Below, in pieces: positions 13,074 to 23,792 of a stretch of DNA of 64,000 bases. The translations under genes were made by a program, and so were the position numbers. The stretch is from Nemertoderma westbladi (Eukaryota; Animalia; Xenacoelomorpha): the NCBI GenBank assembly GCA_032718475.1, contig JAUCBJ010001151.1:1-64000 (forward strand). Reading direction: 5' to 3'. Under the pieces are notes generated by a model. The model worked only from the letters and a program-made list of their open reading frames with translations, did not search any database and was not told the DNA's origin. Position 1 is the first letter of the stretch. Each line of letters begins with the position of its first letter.

Positions 13074-14201
13074 TCGGAGCACCTATAGGGACATGAAAAA
13101 TATAAAAAAATTATAACAGCAACTTCGTCTTACTGACACAAATTTCGCCTTACTATCACAAAGTTCGTATTACTAAAACGAACTTCGTCGTCTTACTAAC
13201 ACGAACATCGTGTTCTTACTGATACGATCTTCGTGTTTAGGGAGCAGCGAAATTCAAATTTATATGGTTTACAGTATAAAATCTCGTAGACGTACTCTTT
13301 GATTCGAACCGCGTTCGTTTTACTAACACAAAGTTCGTTTTAGTAACACAAAGTTCGTTTTAGTAACACGATGTTCGTTTTAGTAAGACAAAGTTCGTTT
13401 TAGTAACAAGAAGTTCGTTTTAGTAACACAAAGTTCGTTTTAGTAACACAAAGCTCGTTTTAGTAACACAAAGTTCGTTTTAGTAACACAAAGTTTGTTT
13501 TAGTAAGACAAAGTTTGTTTTAGTAACACAAAGTTCGTTTTATTAACACAAAGTTTGTTTTAGTAAGTCAAAGTTCGTTTTAGTAACACAAAGTTCGTTT
13601 TAGTAACACAAAGTTCGTTTTAGTAACACAAAGTTTGTTTTAGTAACACAAAGTTTGTTTTAGTAAGACAAAGTTCGTTTTAGTAACACAAAGTTTATTA
13701 TTAACACAAAGTTCGTTTTAGTAAGACAGTTCGTTTTAATAAGACAAAGTTCGTTTTAGTAACACAAAGTTCGTTTTAGTAAGACAAAGTCACTTTTAGT
13801 AAGACAAACTTCGTTTTAGCAAGAAAAAGTTTGTTTTAGTAACACAATGTTCGATTTACAGTATTAACACAAAGTTCGTGTTACAGTAGTAACACAAAGT
13901 TCGATTTAGTAACACAAAGTTCGTTTTAGTATGACAAAGTTACTTTTAGTAAGACAAAGTTCGTTTTAGTAAGACAAAGTTAGTTTTAGTAAGACAAAGT
14001 TCGTTTTACAGTATTAACACAAAGTTCGTGTTACAGTAGTAACACAAAGTTCGTTTTAGTAACACAAAGTTTATGTTAGTAACACGAAGTTCGTGTTACA
14101 GTAGTAACACAAAGTTCGTTTTAGTAACACAAAGTTTCTGTTACTAACACGAAGTTCGTGTTAAATTTTTTTATTTTTCACGTCCCCTTAATCGGTGCGT
14201 A
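13074..14201. mobile_element. Foldback-type MITE with long imperfect TIRs and an asymmetrically expanded 20-bp minisatellite arm
   Basis: Left CGGAGCACCTATAGGGACATGAAAAATATAAAAAAATT versus the right end read in reverse complement, TACGCACCGATTAAGGGGACGTGAAAAATAAAAAAATT. The unit AACACAAAGTTCGTTTTAGT occurs ~40 times at 13310-14160, with a few inverted units in the left arm. Confidence 0.75.
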
Positions 14202-15635
14202 TAATTTTTAGAGCAATACAGGCTGATGTAGGCCTACGCTACAGTTGTAGTATGTTAGTGGTAAATTTTAGAAAATCCATTCTGATTATATTGAAAAGAA
14301 AACAATTATTCTTACGGCACTACATAATCACCCTGTAGAGGGCGCTACCTGATATAGGCTACAGTACAGTGCAGTGCTAAATTCTATCTCCACTGTACCT
14401 CTTCCTGTAAAGGCAAACTCTTATCTTACGGCTGCCACGTTAATTTAGTAAGTAAATGGTATTAGCAATTTGAACTTTGGCTTTCCCAGACAAAGGAGAA
14501 TAGTATCAGACAGCTACAGTACTGTAATGTTTGTCTCGGTAACCATAGTATTGTACATGTACGTAAGTGCGCCCATTGGCTCAAATTTTAATTTCCTCCA
14601 AACATCAAACCAGCAGCAATATTTATATATGGTTAAACATATTAATATTGTTCAGTAGGCCTATATTTTAGACCACATACAAGGATAATAAGTACATATA
14701 TTGATAATATTTGTTTTCACATTGAATTTTAATACCGAATAATATTTAATATTGTTAGTCATGGTAAAGAGACAGTATATATATACAGTACTTTAACATA
14801 TTATTTTCGTTGGATCCATCTGGCCTCTATACAGCATATACTGTACACCATGGATTTGATGTTCCCTAACAAACTCATCATTGAAGAGTTTTGATGTGGT
14901 AATAAATGAGGTAGTTGGTAACTCAGTATAATGTTATCTCCCTCTTCTATACAGTTCATTATTACTGTACCTGTGTGGAAGAGGGCGATAACATTACAAT
15001 GAATTACCAACTCGCAAGCGAAATCACCATCACAAATGAATTATAAGATCACAGGAGGGTTTGACGGTGACATCGGTGACGTATTTCAGTTATTTTACGA
15101 GGAGGTGGAATTGAGTTCGAGAAATAAATCAACGGTTTTACTACAAACAATGTAATACAATATATATTCCGTTTCTGGACTACCTGTCTGCAGTCGTCAG
15201 GGTGACTTCACGAACACCCACGTAACAAGGAAGGTTGTGACTTCTAGCTTAATTATATATACAGGTATCTTTGGTGCTGGACAAGCGGCATGTAAAGTCA
15301 AAGGTAATAATGCGGACTCGGATGCGGAATGAAGATGCGGGGATGTAGAGTACCAGAATTTCGGTTCACTAATACGATGACCGAGCCGCATACTGTAGGT
15401 TGCTGCATAAGCTACTCATTGATTCACTTTAATGTACTGAGAATTATTATTATTATTATAATGTTTATGTATAGAAAGGACTACAATTATGTTTGTAAAA
15501 TACAAGACAAAGGAATTCGAAGTGATATTTAATTTCAGCCTATTGGTTCTAATTTAATTAAATGAGCGATTTTAATACTGAGCCGAGAAGCACGCTCACA
15601 TGCCACAATAGTATATCTTAAGATAGATATGTTAA

Positions 15636-16481
15636 GGGGGGGGGGGGGGGGGGGGGGGGTTCACCGATTACGGTAAAATTGGGACGTTTTTTATTTTTAA
15701 TTTTATCTTATACAGAATTTTACGGTGATTTTAATGGTAAAATCTGCATCGATATACGACTTTTAGTTTTTGAGAAACAGCTATTTAAATATTCCACTAA
15801 TTTAATAAAATTATTAGTTAATATAATAAATATATTTAAATGACTAAATATATCTTTAATTCTTAACTATGTTTTAATTATCACTGCAGAATAGGACTCA
15901 GCGTAATTTTTAGACCTTAGATGTCTTAATTATCGATTATAATCAATTGGTTATTGATTATTAACATAGTAAATATTAACCAATACTTTAGGAGATGGTT
16001 TAGCGCGAAATTTAAACTCAAATGTTTATCTGCATTTTTCTCAAATGTGCTTATTTTTTACTAAAAATCTATCTCCTCCGCCACTTCTTAACGGATTTCG
16101 ATTCTGTTTGTTGGACATTGTAGGTAAAGATTGTGTCCACAGAAAAATAGGGCAGATTTTCAAAATTTTGCTGCAATCAAAAGTTATGACGTCACAAATG
16201 TGATTTTTTCATAAATAGAATTCAATGAATAGAAATAAATTCATCTGATAGCTCCCGCATTAATAGCTTTATTGCTTCAGTGAGATGCTCAAATGTGTCG
16301 CAATCCATACGATATCAATTCATCCGCAGATATCTCCGATATTGTTGTGCATAACATTCTATCTAATAACTCTTGCAAAATAGTTTGAGATACTGTATGC
16401 ACCTTGCGATTTTCTTTGCTCCACAGGCAGCCAGGTATTGGTACATATGCGCATATTCCTTGCCGTCCAACTTACAGTACT
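15636..16481 (+). mobile_element. Possible left part of a Kolobok-like (TTAA-target) non-autonomous element, the apparent host sequence for element A
   Basis: TTAA followed by a purine run and TTCACCGATTACGG. Internal motifs such as TTTTTGAGAAACAGC and CAAAAGTTATGACGTCAC resemble this class. The right end was not identified. Confidence 0.35.
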
Positions 16482-17103
16482 TGTGACGGGATCGGAGATC
16501 CCGACCGTGTAAATATACTACGCGTCACCGTTCTGCCTTAGGGATGGTGCTAGCAGGTTGGCCGAGGCCGATGTAGGAAAAAACAATGGGAGTTCGATGT
16601 TGTCTCTTGATATTGTAAATACCGAAATGATAGCACAATAATAAGCAGAAGTACAGATTATATTATTGATACCGGTATGCTGTACTGATGTCGATGACGG
16701 TGAAGAATATTACCAGTCTGCACTAAAACTAAGTAACTGGGTAAACTGAATAATCAAACCGGTAACGGGATAATATATGTATGATTACTTCACCCCTACA
16801 TTACTTTATGGCCTCTTACCTAGTGGATGCTCTCCTTCGCCCCCATTGGCTAACAACCTACTTCACACCCTTCCACTCTCTGGGAGTGTTTCCTCTCTGT
16901 TGCTAGCCCCTGCTAGCAGTGTCCCCTCCGAGGTGGTTTGACCTCTAACCTCCCTTTGTGTGTGGCTTCGGGGTTCGTATTGTCCCACGATGTTGGTTGT
17001 GATACGAGATTAATTATTGCTAATCTCGTATCTCCAACATATTGCTGAAAATCCCACTATCCCATTTTATGAGGGTAATGAGGCGGAATTGAATCCGCTT
17101 ACA
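16482..17103 (-). repeat. 3' LTR of element A (622 bp)
   Basis: Direct repeat of 43578-44197 with roughly 16 differences counted by eye. PPT adjacent. Confidence 0.96.
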
Positions 17104-17610
17104 CTCCCCCCCATGCTATCTTCCCAGTGAGAAGATAACATCAACTACAAGTGCGCTTCAATTTCGCTGGAACCCGATCTACTATCGGGTGTGGGGTGGA
17201 GTTCTTTTCTCGGAGTCTGCTTTCCAGGCCGCTCCATCTAGGTATGATATTACTACCCCTTCTTGGTGCAACCGCAACCTATGTTGCACCAAGACATCTG
17301 ACGTCTCTGTTTGAGACAATTGTGGACTCTTCACACAATTTTCAAAAACTCTCACTCTGAACTCACTCTCGGCTTACTCTTTCTCTCTCACTGCTCGCTC
17401 CCCACACTTGAATTGCACTCCTCTCACTTTCTCTCATCGTGTCAACACCTCCTCTGCATTCTTCCCCCCGATTCCCCATTCTCGTTTTCATTCCTTATAC
17501 ACTTATTGGGCCCCACACATGTGCGCATCATGTTAGTGGGAGCCGTCTAAGTCCCGTCCTGTCGCCCTAGTCAATTAGTCCCCAGTCCCAGTAGCTAATT
17601 GGAAAAAGGT

Positions 17611-18871
17611 TGTAAAAGCTTCTGTGGGATATAACTGGCCCCTTTGCTTCGCAATCCAGTTTCCCCCCAGGCGCTGGAATACTCTAAAAGGTTCTCTAAC
17701 TGTATATATATTCCCCTCGCCCGCAAGGTACCGTTACAGGTGTTTTAACGGACATAAAAGACATTCTTCTATATACGTGCTTTGGCGGACATGGTAAGGC
17801 AAAAAACCCGCAATGCACCAAATACCTTTACACGGCTTGGCCTTGATGATTCAGATTGCGACATCTAGCAGCTGGTTGCTGGCATGGAAACAGCCATTGG
17901 ACGCATGGTTCTTTGTTTGGCTTGAGCCAATCAGAGCGATTTTTTCTGTCGACGTGTAGATATTCGGTCGATCATACTAGGAGTGTTCTGTCTTACTGTT
18001 TTTTGTGTTCTTACCGTTGTGTTGTTGCTATCTAGGCCAGGAACACCGGCTCTAGAGTCAATTCGTTTTCATACTTTAGAAGAAACATTAGTAGGCTTAA
18101 ATTATAGAGCGTATAACTGTTATCAACTCATATCAATCAGTGCAGTCCGGTCCAGTCAAACAGTGTTACCATCTTAACCTACCGTCTTAATGCTATTTAC
18201 TGTTGTGTTTTGGTTGAATATTATTATTTGGAGAACATTTATAAAGAACCCAAATTTCCAAATTTTCTTGATACACTACAGGTTAGAGAGACGGGTTATA
18301 TATAGCGATTGCGACTTATATTGTTGTGGTTTGTAGTGAATTTAATGCTATTTGATAAGCCCTACATGAGTCCGTTGCTGCTCTCTTTATATATGATAAA
18401 ATTCATTGACGGTCGGCAAATTAGTGAGCAGTATTGTGTGTTACCGGTAGTGTGCCTGATTGTGACTGATAACTAAGCATTTCCTAAAGAATGCGCCTCA
18501 TACGTGAATCATAAGCCTTACCGACTTGCCGTTGTGATTAGTATAAGTCATATCTCTGTTTACCTAGATAGAGCGCCACGTCCTAAAGGAACTGTTAATA
18601 TTTCCCGAAAGTGAATAATATTAGTCAGAAATTATTTATTAACGATCAATCGAATAATACAGTAAGCTTACACTGCAATAATAATCTAAGCCCTCAGAAT
18701 CCAGTCTCCCGGGTATATCCAGCGGGTGAATGGACGCGCACTAGGCTGGCTTCTGCTAATGTTGTGTTTATTGGTATTAAATATTTGTCAACTTCTAAAG
18801 TCTATTTATAAACCAAAAGACATATAAATTTTGGCAGGTTAAACTGCTAAAGGTCTTCAAAAGCGCGTACA
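17611..18871 (+). repeat. 5' LTR of element B (1261 bp)
   Basis: TGTAAAAGC...GCGCGTACA. CCAAT box (GAGCCAATCAG) near 17925. Confidence 0.97.
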
Positions 18872-21110
18872 ATAACAGTTATTGTCTTTATTGCAGTAAG
18901 CAATAAAGTTGAAAGTACCGGTCGACCAGTAAACCTGAACCGGTACTTCTGTAGGTCAGTAGGCCCAACTGCCAGAACCGGTACTGCTGTAGGTCCGTAG
19001 GTCCAACTGCCAGAACCGGTACTTCTGTAGGTCCGTAGGCCCAACTGTCCTAACTGGTACTTCCAGTATAAGTACATTAGTATTATTCGATTTTGATTAT
19101 TGTATACCAGTAGGTCTCGATATTAAATCGGGGACGCCTGGTTTTTATTGGGATTTTACTTAGGTCTATTTCTGTCAGTTTTATTTCCTAGTAAGTTAAT
19201 ATTGAGCTGAAGACGTGTAAGTCTGCTCAGATTGTTCAGATAACTGTAGGCCGGACTGTTGTCGGATTGTTGTTGGGTTTGGAGAGATTACGGCGTGTGT
19301 AGAGTTTGTCCGATAGAGTGCCAGTTAGTAAGTTGGGGCAGCCATAGCTGTAAGGTCAATCCCCTCTTAAAGAATAAGTCGTACTACCGTGTTAGAACGC
19401 ATACTAACTAACCATTTTGGAATCTGCACATACTGTAGTTTATTTAGGCTTGACAGTACTCTGCCAGCGTTTTGGCCTGTGTTTGTTTGTGTGGTCTGTT
19501 CAGGTACCGTAATAGATATTACTCAGATATTTTGTAGGCTGGATTGTTGTCTAGCTATTATTAGGTCTGAAGAGATTGCTGCTTGTGTAGAGTTTGTCTG
19601 ATAAGTGCCAGTTAGTAAGTTGGGGCAGCCATAGCTGTAAGGTCAATCCCCTCTTAAAGAATAAGTCGTACTACCGTGTTAGAACGCATACTAACTAACC
19701 ATTTTGGAATCTGCACATACAGTAGTTTATTTAGGCTTGGTGGTAGTCTGCCAGCGTTTTGGTTTGTATTTTGTTTGAGTATTCTGTACGGGTAGCGTAA
19801 TATTTATTATTCAGAGTTTATGCGATTATTCGCAACATTCATGTCCCCAAGTTTATTCCTACAGTAATTGTGTTTGTTACACATACCTTTATAGTTAAAT
19901 TAACCCCGGTACTACACGGGCTGCTTGGCGTAGGAAAAGACTGGTGACTTTGTGCTTCGGTCACTCCAGCAGATGCCGTGGTTCTTTTAACTGTTCAAGT
20001 ATATTTAACTACTGATTATTTGTTGTACCAGTACTTGTACCTAATTTAGGGTTTAGTGTACAGTGCTTTCCGAAGTAATTAGTGTGTAGGCAGTATATTT
20101 GTGTTGTAAAGTGGTTAATAGGCACGCTGGATCTGGTAGTCCGCGGTAATTAACTTCTAGGTAGGAACACTCCGTGATACATAACGTAGTACCTATAGCG
20201 ATACGGCTATAGGTCGTCAGGCGGTGGTATTTTCCTATCTGGACAGTGCAATATATATTTACTACTACTTATTATTTTCAAATACCGTAGTACCCTGTCT
20301 GTTGTAATAACCAGAATTCTAACCCTTTGTTAGGCTGGTTTGTAGAGTTCCCTGTAAAATTACCCTAAAATTTCGTACGTAATATTTTTGTTGTGTTTAG
20401 TTAGAGAATTAATCTCACCCGTATCGTAAGTAATTTGTAGTTTTAAGTAACTTAGGTAAATTAGAATTATCTGTTTTAGTGTCCCATAGGTAGCACTTCA
20501 CTGAGAGCGCACAGCTTCTGTGTAGTGACTCCCCCAGAAATAATAACATTTATTTCAAATATTGACAAAACCCCTTTTAAACGGGTATATATCTATTATA
20601 AATCAACTCAAACGATTTATAAATAGTAGGCCTGCCATACAACAACTAGGTCTCAATATCAGTTGGACTACTGCTTAAATAACGGTAACAAAGTAAGTTA
20701 AAGTAACCAAGTAACCCTAAAATATTCAGAAATTCAATTATTCTAAAAATAATTGACATACCGGTATTTACCATAGGCTTATTATATTTATTTCTATAAA
20801 TTTGTGCTGAACTCATACCGGTATTCTGTGATTAATTCTAGTTCATAATTATACTTATATATACTATAAGTGTAAGCTGTATACCGGTATTCACGATAGG
20901 CCTATTATATATTTATATATATTTGTGCTAAAATTATATACCGGTACTCTGTGACAAACCTAGTTTACAATACTTATATATATTATAAGTATATACCGGT
21001 ATTCTAATATACTGTAATAAATTACCGGTACTAGGCCAACGGTCATACTGAATTACTAGACTTGCTTTAACTGTAACTATAGCAGTAAGCATTCAACTGT
21101 ATAGCTAAAC
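18872..21110 (+). other. Long (2.2-kb) 5' leader of element B with internal repeats
   Basis: No long ORF. Contains ~38-bp repeats at 18939-19060, a ~287-bp tandem duplication at ~19240-19815 and ATACCGGTA-based repeats at 20757-21030. Confidence 0.8.
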
Positions 21111-23792
21111 ATGTCTGACACCCAGCAAAACCTATCAGACAGTCTAATCGATACAACCATCTGTGACACAGATAGGAGTGTGGAGCGATTAAGAAAGGAG
21201 TTCAGCTCACCTCCTACTGAAAGAAAGGTCATCCCTCCAGTAGTAGTATCAGACCCTAAGCTAATCCAACACCATAGGTCTATCATCGGCACTCGGGCCC
21301 AAGTCAAACGGAACCAGGAAGCAGCTGTCCCACAGCAGCAACAGCCTAGTCAAGAAACTTGTTCCTACCGAGCGATCCGATAGCTCCAGTAATTCGGATA
21401 CTGTCGAGCTGACCCCCGAACGCGGATTGCAGATGGCGGCTAAAGCCTACTCGGACCCCCTTCTCACCCTTCCTGCCACAGTGCTAACTACTATATTGAT
21501 TGCGGTGGAGGAACATCAAGCCGATCGGGCGAGAAGTAAGCGAGCGACCCAAGATAATTATGCGGGATACGCCAGGGAAGAATTGATGTCTATTGTCGAG
21601 TCACAATGGAACTTTCCCGGACCCGGACTCCCGCTAGATTTGTCCGAGGCCACTTGGGAGGATATATACAGGATGGGAGTGGCTAAAGATACAATGGATC
21701 CAGCTGTTTGGAAGAGGTCGGCAGCAGGATATGTGCAGGGATTCTTCGGCTCCTTGGAGCGATTAGAAGAACAACTGTTTCGACAACCCCAAGGACCTCA
21801 AGAGCAGGAAGAGCTGCTATATCAAGTACGCGAAAGAACCCTACGCATTAGATTAATCCTATCAGCCTTTGAGGAAACTTCCAAAAGAAGACAGGACACG
21901 TCGCTGCAGGTTGCTGTCAAAACTTGGTTCCAGCGGGTAGGTCTCAAAGTACAAGAAACGGACCAGTGGAAATCCCAGCTGTCTGAGAGACTAACCTATG
22001 AAGAACCAACCGATGCCACCCTTTCTCAAGTGGAAGGCGAAGAGACCGCAGAGAGACCACGAACGAGAGACGCCATAGACATTTATCTGTCCGACTATCA
22101 GCGATTCCTAGGAGACGAAGAGTTGAGGAGACGGCTGTCTGGACTTTCCCCTAATAGTGAAGGAACCCAGCGTGTGTTAGACTCAATCGATGCTGAAATG
22201 TTAGCTGCTAACCAAGCTGAATTTGATGAAAAACTCCGCCTCGCTAGAGTCCAAGAAGAACAAGTAAAGAAAAAGCGGATAGAGGACAAAAAGGCAGTAG
22301 CAGCGGCAAAGCGGCAGCGGCAGTGGAAGCGGCAAAGGCAGCAGCGGCAGTGGAAGAGGCAAAGGCAGTAGCATCGGCGAAAGCTGCAGCGACAGTAGAA
22401 GCAGCCAAAGCAGCAGCAGCAATAGCATTGGCAGACGCAGAACAGAGAGCGTCTGAAGAGACCACACAACTGGAGTTGGAAAATCTTCAAGAGACGCAAG
22501 ACTGCATAAATAAACAGTTAACTGCTAGTCACATGCAGATGATGAGAAAATCTACTCCCAAACGCCAGGGATATACGTCATCGGAGGAAAGCGAAACCAC
22601 CGATCCTGAAGGCGGAGGAAATAGATCTCGTCTAAGCAGGCGTAGAAAAACATCTTACCGTCACAAATTGCCTGATTTGCCCCCAGCTGTTAGAAGACAA
22701 CTAGCTAGCACAGACTTAAGTAGTATAGAACCTACAGACCAAATTATTAAGGTCAAAAGACTCCCTACTATAGTTGATGAGCCTGAAATAATTAGGCCTG
22801 TCGTTCCCAAAGTCACCCCTGTGCTAGAGACCCCTGTACTTCCAGAGCTTAACTCTAAGTTCCCTTTACACAGTACTACACTGCCTGTACCCGGTAGAAC
22901 AGTCCATGAGAATATTGAGAATATCCCTGTCCTGGAAGCTGAGAGAGAAATCAAAGATTTGTCTCCCGTCGTCCCGCGTCAGCCCGCTACAATGTTGGCG
23001 ACTCCCGCTTCGGCGGTCGAGTGGGTAGAGGAGGGACGGCGGGGGATTAATCTCCTGCTCGGACAGATGCAGGACACTGTCCACCAACTTAAGGGAACAG
23101 TAAGGGAAGGTAGGGCCGAATTGCAAGAAGTGCAGCAAAGTATCGCGCTAGAACGCGACAAATTAGTCAATATCCAAAAAGGGATACCAATACCCCCTGT
23201 AAAATTGTGTCAACCTGTTAGGTCTGAAGTATTACATGCGCAAGGTGTGGAGCCTACACGCATCTATACTGCTAGTGAAGTAGAAACTCCTATAGCAAAC
23301 CCTATTAAGGGTGATTATAGACCTGTGGTTAATGATATTCCCTATAGACCTGATAATGATCCGAGAAATTTATATACCGATAATTCGATATTGAATAACA
23401 CGATGGCCCAAGAAAGCTTTACGCGTCAGATGGCTAGAACAGAAGCCCGCCAAGCGGTCAAAGTGGGAGAGATCGTTAAATTCAATGGAGATGAGATGAA
23501 ATGGTTACCTTTCAATGAATATTACAAAGATAGCATACAGAACTCTGTACTATCTAACGGAGAGAAACTTAGGTTCCTCATCAAGTGCTTGGAAGGACCT
23601 CCCAGGTTAATGGCGTTAAAGTTTATTGGACATCCAGAAGGATTAAGACAAGTTTGGGATACATTAAACATCAGGTATGGTAACAAGGATAACATAGCTA
23701 AGTATTTGTATGCAAAATTAGTAGCCCCCTGACACTTCCTTAATAGCGGGATTATAGAGTTTTCCGATGAAATTCAGGAGATCTGTAGACAA
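21111..23792 (+). pseudogene. N-terminal gag of element B, with two frameshifts and an in-frame TGA
   Basis: ORF pieces 21111-21383, 21427-22371 and 22323-23732. Coiled-coil and Ala-rich region, then a DUF1759-like capsid motif (KFNGDEMKWLPF...EKLRFLIKCLEG...LNIRYGN). The TGA at 23730-23732 is in frame with the 23793 ORF. Confidence 0.85.

Noticed and set aside
23730-23732. Programmed gag-pol readthrough at TGA-C
   Set aside because: The stop falls inside the capsid-like region, before the gag zinc knuckles. BEL/Pao elements normally have one continuous gag-pol ORF, and a CGA-to-TGA mutation is more likely.
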